A stretch of DNA of 39,300 nucleotides from Escherichia phage vB_EcoP_FFK3. The notes below the pieces were generated by a model, which saw nothing but the letters and a program-made list of their open reading frames with translations, ran no database searches and had not been told where the DNA came from. The stretch lies in the sequence record ON548433.1, one strand, 5' to 3'. The stretch's first letter is position 1. Every line of letters starts with the position of its first letter. Made by a program: the position numbers and the translations under genes. Below, piece by piece: positions 28,083-35,994 of this stretch.

Positions 28083-29126
28083 ATGGCAAACGTTCCGGGT
28101 CAGAAAATTGGTACAGACCAAGGTAAAGGTGAATCCAGTTCCGACGCGCTGGCGTTGTTCCTGAAGGTCTTTGCTGGTGAAGTCCTGACCGCATTCACTC
28201 GCCGCTCTGTAACCGCTGACAAACATATTGTCCGTACCATTCAGAACGGTAAGTCTGCTCAGTTCCCGGTCATGGGTCGCACCTCTGGTGTGTATCTGGC
28301 TCCAGGTGAGCGACTGTCCGATAAGCGTAAAGGTATTAAACATACCGAGAAAGTGATTACCATTGATGGTCTGCTGACTGCCGATGTGATGATTTTCGAC
28401 ATTGAAGACGCGATGAACCACTATGACGTGGCTGGCGAGTATTCCAACCAGCTAGGTGAAGCTCTGGCTATCGCTGCCGATGGTGCGGTTTTAGCTGAAA
28501 TGGCTATCCTGTGCAACCTCCCGGCTGCATCCAACGAGAACATCGCTGGTCTGGGTACTGCGTCCGTCCTGCAAGTTGGTAAGAAAGCTGACCTCAACAC
28601 CCCGGCTAAACTGGGCGAAGCAATCATCGGTCAACTGACCATTGCTCGTGCGAAGCTGACCTCCAACTACGTTCCTGCTGGCGACCGTTACTTCTACACA
28701 ACGCCGGACAACTACTCTGCAATCCTCGCGGCTCTGATGCCGAACGCTGCTAACTATGCTGCGCTGATTGACCCAGAGACTGGTAACATCCGTAACGTGA
28801 TGGGCTTCGTTGTTGTTGAAGTTCCACATCTGGCACAGGGTGGTGCTGGTGAGACTCGTGGTGAAGATGGTATCTCTATCTCTTCTGGTCAGAAACACGC
28901 ATTCCCGGCGGCTGCTACTGGAGACGTTAAAGTTGCTATGGACAACGTTGTTGGTCTGTTCTCTCACCGTTCTGCTGTGGGTACTGTGAAGCTGCGTGAC
29001 TTGGCGCTGGAACGTGACCGTGACGTAGATGCTCAGGGCGACCTGATTGTTGGTAAATACGCTATGGGTCACGGTGGTCTGCGTCCTGAAGCGGCTGGCG
29101 CACTGGTTTTCAGCCCAGCGGCGTAG
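28083..29126 (+). CDS. gp10A: Major capsid protein 10A (T7 gp10A homolog)
   Basis: 347 aa; extensive identity to recalled T7 gp10A (KHTEKVITIDGLLTADV, MPNAANYAALIDPE, KYAMGHGGLRPEAAGA). Confidence 0.95.
   Translation: MANVPGQKIGTDQGKGESSSDALALFLKVFAGEVLTAFTRRSVTADKHIVRTIQNGKSAQFPVMGRTSGVYLAPGERLSDKRKGIKHTEKVITIDGLLTADVMIFDIEDAMNHYDVAGEYSNQLGEALAIAADGAVLAEMAILCNLPAASNENIAGLGTASVLQVGKKADLNTPAKLGEAIIGQLTIARAKLTSNYVPAGDRYFYTTPDNYSAILAALMPNAANYAALIDPETGNIRNVMGFVVVEVPHLAQGGAGETRGEDGISISSGQKHAFPAAATGDVKVAMDNVVGLFSHRSAVGTVKLRDLALERDRDVDAQGDLIVGKYAMGHGGLRPEAAGALVFSPAA
29105..29111 (+). other. Conserved -1 ribosomal frameshift slip site GGTTTTC near the end of gene 10A
   Basis: G GTT TTC in the 10A frame, same heptamer as recalled for the T7 gene 10 frameshift site. 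Confidence 0.6.
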
Positions 29127-29130
29127 CACC

Positions 29131-29256
29131 TTTAGCCAACCTAACGTCGCTACAGTAGCGGCTGCACCTGAAGAGGAGACTCTAACTCCTCAACAGAAAG
29201 CTGCGCGTACTCGTGCTGCGAACAGGGCCGCTAAACTGGCTGAGACCAACAACTAA
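29131..29256 (+). other. Capsid 10B C-terminal extension coding region, in the +1 frame relative to 10A
   Basis: Frame encodes VATVAAAPEEETLTPQQKAARTRAANRAAKLAE, matching the T7 10B tail; the -1 frame from the slip site stops at 29156-29158. Confidence 0.5.
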
Positions 29257-29262
29257 TTGAAA

Positions 29263-29299
29263 CCCCTTGGGTGCCTTCGGGTGCCTGAGGGGTTTTTTT
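29263..29299 (+). terminator. Late terminator (T7 Tphi-like)
   Basis: Stem CCCCTTGGGTGCC/GGTGCCTGAGGGG with G-U wobbles, loop TTCG, followed by TTTTTTT. Confidence 0.8.
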
Positions 29300-29312
29300 G
29301 CTTAAAGTGAGG

Positions 29313-29408
29313 ATGATTATGTTTTACTTACTTACAGCCTTGGGACTATTTGTTAGTTTCTGGGCGATTATATTATTAACCGGACCATGCAGTCCTTACG
29401 ACAGATAG
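29313..29408 (+). CDS. Hypothetical small hydrophobic peptide between Tphi and gene 11
   Basis: 31-aa ORF (MIMFYLLTALGLFVSFWAIILLTG..) with SD GTGAGGA; single predicted TM helix. Confidence 0.25.
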   Translation: MIMFYLLTALGLFVSFWAIILLTGPCSPYDR

Positions 29409-29416
29409 GAGGGAGT

Positions 29417-29983
29417 ATGGCTCAATACATTCCACTGAATGCTAACGATGACTTAGACGCTATCAACGATATGTTAGCTGCTATCGGTGAACCAGCAGTC
29501 CTACAGCTTGACGAGGGGAACGCTGACGTCTCGAACGCCCAACGTATCCTGCATCGTGTCAATCGTCAGGTCCAAGCTAAAGGCTGGAACTTTAACATCA
29601 ATGAAGCTGCTGTCCTGACACCTGATGTCCAAGACAATAGGATTCGATTCTTGCCGTCATACCTTCGTGTAATGACCGCTGGGGCCACCAGCTACTACAG
29701 CAACATGGGTGGATACCTGTACGACCTGTCCACTCAGTCGACCACTTTCACCGACCCTATCACGGTAGAGCTTGTGGAGATGAAGCCATTCTCAGAGATG
29801 CCTGTGGTCTTCAGGGACTACATCGTCACTAAAGCTAGCCGTGAGTTCAACGCTAAGTTCTTCGGTAGCCCAGAGTCTGAACTGTACCTTCGTGAGCAGG
29901 AAGCAGAACTCTATCAGCAGGTCATGGAATACGAGATGGATACTGGTCGCTACAACATGATGTCCGACATTGGGAGAGACTAA
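29417..29983 (+). CDS. gp11: Tail tubular protein A (T7 gp11 homolog)
   Basis: Start at ATG 29417 (RBS GGAGGGAG); blocks GEPAVLQLDEGNADVSNAQRILHRVNRQVQAKGWNFNI and YIVTKASREFNAKFFG match T7 gp11. Confidence 0.85.
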   Translation: MAQYIPLNANDDLDAINDMLAAIGEPAVLQLDEGNADVSNAQRILHRVNRQVQAKGWNFNINEAAVLTPDVQDNRIRFLPSYLRVMTAGATSYYSNMGGYLYDLSTQSTTFTDPITVELVEMKPFSEMPVVFRDYIVTKASREFNAKFFGSPESELYLREQEAELYQQVMEYEMDTGRYNMMSDIGRD

Positions 29984-30210
29984 TGTCTAGTCACAACCTG
30001 AAGATTCGCCGCCAGCACTTTGGTCCGGTACAGCTAGGTCTAAAGACAGCAGAGCTGAGACTTAACGACCGGGACTTTAAGGTTGGAGATTGGCTTATCC
30101 TGAATGAGTGGGACAACGGGTATACTGGACAACAGGTAGCGCGTAAGGTTGTCCACATTGCTGACGTTGGTGACATCGCTGAAGGATACGTCCTAATGAG
30201 TATAATTTAA
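29983..30210 (+). CDS. DUF3850 / ASCH-like (PUA-fold) protein inserted between tail tubular genes
   Basis: 75 aa; pattern HNLKIRRQHFGPVQLGLKTAELRLNDRDFKVGDWLILNEWD fits the DUF3850 signature (recalled); start overlaps gp11 stop (TAATG). Confidence 0.55.
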   Translation: MSSHNLKIRRQHFGPVQLGLKTAELRLNDRDFKVGDWLILNEWDNGYTGQQVARKVVHIADVGDIAEGYVLMSII

Positions 30211-30219
30211 GGAGGGCCT

Positions 30220-32577
30220 ATGCCACTAATTACTCAATCAATCAAGAACCTTAAAGGTGGCATTAGCCAACAGCCTGATATACTGAGGTTCTCAGACCAA
30301 GGCGAGGCACAGGTTAACTGCTGGTCATCCGAGAGTGATGGCCTCCAGAAGCGTCCACCTACAGTCTTCAAGCGACGTCTTAACATCGACGTTGGGAGCA
30401 ACCCTAAGTTCCACCTGATTAACCGTGATGAGCATGAGCAGTATTACATCGTGTTCAATGGGTCCAACATTCAGGTAGTTGACTTGAGTGGTAATCAATA
30501 CTCAGTGTCAGGTGCGGTAGATTACGTTAAGTCCTCCAACCCACGAGATGACATCCGTGTCGTTACCGTGGCAGACTATACGTTCGTCGTTAACCGTAAG
30601 GTTGTCGTCAAAGGTGGAAGCGAGAAGTCACACTCTGGTTATAACCGCAAAGCACGAGCTTTAATTAACCTGCGTGGTGGACAGTATGGTCGAACCCTTA
30701 AGGTGGGAATCAACGGTGGCGTTAAGGTCTCGCATAAGCTACCAGCAGGTAATGATGCCGAGAATGACCCGCCTAAGGTGGACGCTCAAGCCATTGGTGC
30801 AGCTCTGAGAGACCTTCTTGTTACTGCCTACCCTACCTTCACGTTTGACCTTGGGTCTGGATTCCTGCTAATCACAGCTCCTTCAGGGACCGATATTAAC
30901 TCAGTGGAGACGGAGGATGGCTACGCTAACCAGCTAATAAGCCCAGTCCTAGACACTGTGCAGACAATCTCTAAACTACCTCTTGCCGCTCCTAATGGGT
31001 ATATCATTAAGATTCAAGGTGAGACAAACAGTAGCGCCGATGAATACTACGTGATGTATGACTCCAACACTAAGACGTGGAAGGAGACAGTGGAGCCGGG
31101 AGTTGTCACTGGGTTCGATGACACCACAATGCCACATGCTCTGGTAAGACAGTCTGACGGCTCCTTTGAGTTCAAGACTCTGGATTGGTCCAAGCGTGGT
31201 TCTGGTAACGATGACACAAACCCTATGCCTAGCTTCGTGGATGCTGCGATTAATGATGTGTTCTTCTACAGGAACAGACTTGGGTTCTTGTCGGGTGAGA
31301 ACGTAATCATGAGCCGTTCAGCCAGCTACTTTTCGTTCTTCCCTAAGAGTGTGGCGACACTGAGTGATGATGACCCTATTGATGTAGCTGTAAGTCACCC
31401 TCGAATCTCAATCCTTAAGTATGCCGTTCCGTTTAGCGAGCAGCTACTACTTTGGTCGGATGAGGTTCAGTTCGTGATGACAAGCTCTGGGGTCCTTACC
31501 TCGAAGTCTATCCAGCTTGATGTAGGCTCAGAGTTTGCCTTAGGCGACAATGCCAGACCGTTCGCTGTAGGACGCTCAGTCTTCTTCTCAGCTCCTCGTG
31601 GGTCATTCACCAGCATTAAGCGATACTTCGCTGTAGCTGATGTGTCTGATGTGAAGGATGCTGATGATACAACCGGTCACGTATTGTCCTACATCCCTAA
31701 CGGGGTGTTTGATATTCAAGGTACAGGGACTGAGAACTACATCTGCGTCAACTCTACAGGTGCATACAACCGTATCTACATCTACAAGTTCTTGTTTAAG
31801 GACGGCGTACAGCTTCAAGCCTCTTGGTCACACTGGGAGTTCCCTAAAGATGATAAGATTCTGGCGTCTGCTTCTATTGGCTCTACCATGTTCATCGTTC
31901 GTCAGCATCAAGGAGGGGTAGACATTGAGCACCTTAAGTTCATCAAGGAGGCAACTGACTTCCCGTCAGAGCCATATAGACTACACATTGACTCCAAGGT
32001 GTCTATGGTAATTCCAATTGGCTCATATAATGCTGACACCTATAAGACTACGGTTGACATTGGTGCTGCTTATGGTGGCAACGCTCCGTCTCCCGGTCGG
32101 TACTATCTGATTGACAGTCAGGGTGCTTATGTGGACCTTGGGGACTTGACCAGTATCTCTACTGTGATTACCCTCAACGGCGATTGGTCAGGACGTACAG
32201 TGTTCATCGGACGGCCCTATCTGATGTCCTACAAGTTCTCACGGTTCCTGATTAAGATTGAAGATGATAGGGGCACTCAGTCTGAAGACACTGGTCGTCT
32301 ACAGCTTCGTCGGGCCTGGGTCAACTACAAGGACACTGGCGCTCTGAGACTCATTGTCAGAAACGGTGAGCGAGAGTTCGTTAACACCTTTAATGGGTAC
32401 ACCCTTGGTCAGCAAACCATAGGGACTACTAACATTGGTGACGGGCAGTATCGCTTCGCTATGAATGGTAACGCATTAACCACGAGTCTAACCTTAGAGT
32501 CCGACTATCCTACCCCAGTGTCCATCGTTGGGTGTGGCTGGGAGGCATCATACGCTAAGAAAGCTCGTTCAATCTAA
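30220..32577 (+). CDS. gp12: Tail tubular protein B (T7 gp12 homolog)
   Basis: 785 aa; N-terminus ITQSIKNLKGGISQQPDILRF matches T7 gp12; RBS AAGGAGGG. Confidence 0.9.
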   Translation: MPLITQSIKNLKGGISQQPDILRFSDQGEAQVNCWSSESDGLQKRPPTVFKRRLNIDVGSNPKFHLINRDEHEQYYIVFNGSNIQVVDLSGNQYSVSGAVDYVKSSNPRDDIRVVTVADYTFVVNRKVVVKGGSEKSHSGYNRKARALINLRGGQYGRTLKVGINGGVKVSHKLPAGNDAENDPPKVDAQAIGAALRDLLVTAYPTFTFDLGSGFLLITAPSGTDINSVETEDGYANQLISPVLDTVQTISKLPLAAPNGYIIKIQGETNSSADEYYVMYDSNTKTWKETVEPGVVTGFDDTTMPHALVRQSDGSFEFKTLDWSKRGSGNDDTNPMPSFVDAAINDVFFYRNRLGFLSGENVIMSRSASYFSFFPKSVATLSDDDPIDVAVSHPRISILKYAVPFSEQLLLWSDEVQFVMTSSGVLTSKSIQLDVGSEFALGDNARPFAVGRSVFFSAPRGSFTSIKRYFAVADVSDVKDADDTTGHVLSYIPNGVFDIQGTGTENYICVNSTGAYNRIYIYKFLFKDGVQLQASWSHWEFPKDDKILASASIGSTMFIVRQHQGGVDIEHLKFIKEATDFPSEPYRLHIDSKVSMVIPIGSYNADTYKTTVDIGAAYGGNAPSPGRYYLIDSQGAYVDLGDLTSISTVITLNGDWSGRTVFIGRPYLMSYKFSRFLIKIEDDRGTQSEDTGRLQLRRAWVNYKDTGALRLIVRNGEREFVNTFNGYTLGQQTIGTTNIGDGQYRFAMNGNALTTSLTLESDYPTPVSIVGCGWEASYAKKARSI

Positions 32578-32586
32578 CTTATTGAA

Positions 32587-32631
32587 GGGCCTATAGATTT
32601 ACCTTAACTATCACTATAGGGACTATAGGCC
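32587..32631 (+). other. Inverted repeat enclosing the phi13-like promoter (R13-like processing hairpin)
   Basis: GGGCCTATAG (32587-32596) and CTATAGGCCC (32622-32631) form a 10-bp stem around a 25-nt loop that contains the promoter. Confidence 0.5.
32602..32624 (+). promoter_or_regulatory. Phage RNAP promoter (phi13-like, class III-like)
   Basis: CCTTAACTATCACTATAGGGACT; +1 G at 32619. Confidence 0.8.
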
Positions 32632-32653
32632 CTTAAGGTTATAAGGAGACTTT

Positions 32654-33124
32654 ATGTATATTCGCAAGGCTACGGAACCAGATGTCCACTGCTTTCTGTG
32701 GCATCTTTCAGCAGATGATGTTAATGAGTGCAAAGCAAACTATGGGTCAACCGTTGGTCTCTCTGAAAGACTGCTTAAGCACCTATCTCCGTCATCTGTG
32801 GTTTTAACGAACGGTGTAGGAGAAGTGTTTGCCTATGGTGGAAACCAAGGGGATAACGTATGGTTCTTGACTTCCGGTCTGGTCTATAAGCTGAGACCTA
32901 AAGAGAAGCGAGAGTTCATAAAGCGTATCTCTGAGTACAGGGACTTAATGTTAGACCAATACGGGACCATCTGGAACTACGTGTGGTCAGGCAATAAGTC
33001 TCACATTAGATTCTTGAAGTTGCTTGGGGCTAAGTTCCATGATGATTGGACTGTAAGCCCGGTAACTGGTGAGCGTTTTCAATTATTCACTATCTCTAAG
33101 GAGGACGTATGTGTGAACCCGTAA
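32654..33124 (+). CDS. gp13-like internal virion protein (positional call)
   Basis: 156-aa ORF after phi13-like promoter with RBS AAGGAG; identity by position only. Confidence 0.5.
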   Translation: MYIRKATEPDVHCFLWHLSADDVNECKANYGSTVGLSERLLKHLSPSSVVLTNGVGEVFAYGGNQGDNVWFLTSGLVYKLRPKEKREFIKRISEYRDLMLDQYGTIWNYVWSGNKSHIRFLKLLGAKFHDDWTVSPVTGERFQLFTISKEDVCVNP

Positions 33125-33696
33125 GTATCGGCATGGGTATCATTGCTGTAGCCGGGGCCACTATGTCCGCATCCCAGCAGGCCAAGGCCGAAGGTGCAGC
33201 AATTGACGCTCAGAACCGACAGGCTCAGGAAATGGTTAAGCAGATGAACTACTCTGACGCCAACCTGAAGATGCAGGAGCGAGACCTGAAGGAGCAGCAG
33301 ATGGCTGAACTGACAGAGACAACGCTCAACGGTATCCGAAATCAGGGTATGGTCAGAGCTGCGGTGGCTGAGTCTGGTTTGGAAGGTAACTCTATGGACA
33401 GGATTGAACGTCAGGTCGAAGGAGATACAGTCAAGGAGCGAGCAGGGATTACCGAAAGTTACAACCGCGACTATGCGGCTATCTTCGGGAACCGTATCGC
33501 CAACATTGAGAACACCAAGTCTGCTATCCGTGGTCAAGGTAAAATCATCAAGACCAGCCCACTGGCCCATGCACTTAATGTTGCTAGCGCCGGGATGCAA
33601 GGTTACGCCGCTGGTAAGTCAATCTCTGGAGCGTCAAGCTCTGGTGGTGCTGCACCAATTAGTGCTGCTAAAGGCACACCTACAGGTCATAGCTAA
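33109..33696 (+). CDS. gp14: Internal virion protein B (T7 gp14 homolog)
   Basis: 195 aa, N-terminus MC..; blocks GNSMDRIERQVEG and ESYNRDYAAIF resemble T7 gp14. Confidence 0.8.
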   Translation: MCEPVSIGMGIIAVAGATMSASQQAKAEGAAIDAQNRQAQEMVKQMNYSDANLKMQERDLKEQQMAELTETTLNGIRNQGMVRAAVAESGLEGNSMDRIERQVEGDTVKERAGITESYNRDYAAIFGNRIANIENTKSAIRGQGKIIKTSPLAHALNVASAGMQGYAAGKSISGASSSGGAAPISAAKGTPTGHS

Positions 33697-33707
33697 GAGG
33701 AGGACTA

Positions 33708-35990
33708 ATGGCTAGTAATATTGAATCAGCTCTGGCTAATCGGACTATGGGTCGCGGCAGAGCGCCGGGTAAAACTATCGCCGTAAACTATCAAGCAGCC
33801 AGCGTTCAGGCTCCGACTGGGGACTCCGGTCTGGCTCGTGCGTTAACCAACTTCGTTGAGTCTGGGACTGGATTGTACAAGCAGTTCAAGGACGAGGAGA
33901 AGACCAGAGCTGACGAGCGGTCTAACGAGATTATCCGTAAACTGACACCTCAGCAAAGACGTGAGGCTATCCAGAACGGCACATTGCTGTATCAGGATGA
34001 CCCTTACGCTATGGAAGCACTTCGAGTCAAGACTGGTCGTAATGCTGCCTTTGCTGTAGACGACGAGATTAACGTTAAGATTCAGAACGGTGAGTTCCGT
34101 ACACGTCAGGACATGGAAGAGTATCGCCACCAGCGACTTCAGGACGCCGCTAAGTCCTATGCTGAAGAGGCGGGTATTAACCCTACAGACGAGTTCTTCC
34201 AGCGTGGGTTCAACGATAACATCACAGACCGCAACATCGCTATCTATGGGTCTTTCAATAAGTATTTCAGCAAGCAGTCTGAAGAGACAGCAATGTTGAA
34301 CACTCGTATTGAGATGAACTCATTCCTGAACGATGGCGACCTGATGCGTTCACCTGAGTCTGGAAAGACATTCATGGCCTACCTTCGTGATGGACTGACT
34401 ACTGCTGCTATCCCCTCGGACCAGCGAGCGCGGGAGGTCATTACCCAGACGGTCCGTGACGCAATCCAGAAGTCAGGCGGCTCAAACTTCCTACAGCAAG
34501 TACGTGGCGAGCGTATCACCCTTAACGGTGTTGACGCTACCATCGAAGAGATTGTAGGACCTGACGTCTTCAATGCTGCTACGGTTGAGGCCCAAGGTAC
34601 TGAGTATAAACTGGTGGCTAAGTATCAGGAAGACTTAGCGTTAGGCGTTCAGTCTGCGATTCTTCAGGATGACCCAACCATCGGTCTGGCCCAGATTCAG
34701 AAACTCAAGGAGCAGAACAACCTGCTTCAGCCGGGTGAAGAACTAACGCCTCAGCGTCAGATGCTTATTAATGCCGAAGCCAGCTTACTGGAAGCGGTAA
34801 AGCGTAAGTCCGCTGAACAGGCTAAGGAGAACACTAAGTTAATCCAGACCCAGAATAAGCAACTGGTCATTGACCAAGTTTATCAGCGACGTCTGGCTGG
34901 GGACAACGTGTCCACCAACTATGAGGACCTTCCGGTCTCTGAAGCTACAGGAGAGTTCAAGCGTTCAGACATGAACAACTATGCGTCTTCTAAGCTACAG
35001 CAGATTGACCAGATGGACATCCCTGAGGCTGCTAGAGACGCACAGAAGGTGGCATTGTTAAGGGCTGACACTAACAATGGTCCGTTCCGTAATGCCTTCC
35101 AGACGCTGACTCAGGACGCTGCTGGTGAGTGGCAAGCTGCGGTCATCCGTGGGCAGTACGACCCAGACAAGATGCAACGCTTCGAGTCTCTTCGTCGTGC
35201 CTACACTCAGGACCCTTCAAGTTTTGCTGCTCTGTATCCTGACCAAGCTCAGTTGTTCTCTACGTTCGACCAGATGGACAAGATGGGTCTGGACCCTCAG
35301 ACGATGATTGAAGCTGATAAGCAAGCTGCAAGTCAAAGCCGTGAGATGCGCATTGAGTCAGACAAGGCGTGGCAGGAGTTGAAGAACGACTCTCGGAATA
35401 AGGACCTTTCGCGTCTTCCTACGTCTCTGGACGCAAGTGCTCGTAAGGTCTGGGACTCATGGTACTATCGTACAGGTAACGCTGACGCTGCAACTCAGCA
35501 GACTCAACGCTGGCTGAATGAGAACACCGTAACGTTCCAGTCTGAAGGTTCTGATGGTAAGTCAATCGGCATGGTGTCCAAGCACCAGCTTATGGTCGGG
35601 GATAACCCAGAGTCGTGGCAGGTTGGTCGAGACATTATCGACACCGCTCGTAAGCAGCTCATTAAGGCCAACCCTTGGGTAGTGAACTCTCAGTTGTCCG
35701 TTGTTGAACAGAACGGCTCTATCTTCCTCCAAGACGCTACAGGGACTATTCGTATTCGCTACGATAAAGAACTTGTAGGTAAACTCTACCGCGAACAACA
35801 GCAGAAGGCACAAGATGCCGCATATGCTCAGGCAGAACGTGACGCTAACAAGCGGGCGCGTATCGTCGGGACTAAAGCTGCTGGTGATAAACGTCGAGCT
35901 GACCGAGAGGCCAACATCGAGAAGCGCGGTGGGATGTACAATGACGTCTCACTGGAGGGTATCGCAAACGTACTAATCGGTAAGGAGTAA
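33708..35990 (+). CDS. gp15: Internal virion protein C (T7 gp15 homolog)
   Basis: 760 aa; size and position as T7 gp15; RBS GAGGAGG. Confidence 0.85.
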   Translation: MASNIESALANRTMGRGRAPGKTIAVNYQAASVQAPTGDSGLARALTNFVESGTGLYKQFKDEEKTRADERSNEIIRKLTPQQRREAIQNGTLLYQDDPYAMEALRVKTGRNAAFAVDDEINVKIQNGEFRTRQDMEEYRHQRLQDAAKSYAEEAGINPTDEFFQRGFNDNITDRNIAIYGSFNKYFSKQSEETAMLNTRIEMNSFLNDGDLMRSPESGKTFMAYLRDGLTTAAIPSDQRAREVITQTVRDAIQKSGGSNFLQQVRGERITLNGVDATIEEIVGPDVFNAATVEAQGTEYKLVAKYQEDLALGVQSAILQDDPTIGLAQIQKLKEQNNLLQPGEELTPQRQMLINAEASLLEAVKRKSAEQAKENTKLIQTQNKQLVIDQVYQRRLAGDNVSTNYEDLPVSEATGEFKRSDMNNYASSKLQQIDQMDIPEAARDAQKVALLRADTNNGPFRNAFQTLTQDAAGEWQAAVIRGQYDPDKMQRFESLRRAYTQDPSSFAALYPDQAQLFSTFDQMDKMGLDPQTMIEADKQAASQSREMRIESDKAWQELKNDSRNKDLSRLPTSLDASARKVWDSWYYRTGNADAATQQTQRWLNENTVTFQSEGSDGKSIGMVSKHQLMVGDNPESWQVGRDIIDTARKQLIKANPWVVNSQLSVVEQNGSIFLQDATGTIRIRYDKELVGKLYREQQQKAQDAAYAQAERDANKRARIVGTKAAGDKRRADREANIEKRGGMYNDVSLEGIANVLIGKE

Positions 35991-35994
35991 CATA

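Noticed and set aside
29047-29256. 69-aa ORF treated as an independent gene
   Set aside because: Its ATG lies inside the capsid gene with no RBS, and its C-terminal part is homologous to the T7 10B extension, so it is recoded capsid sequence, not a separate gene.
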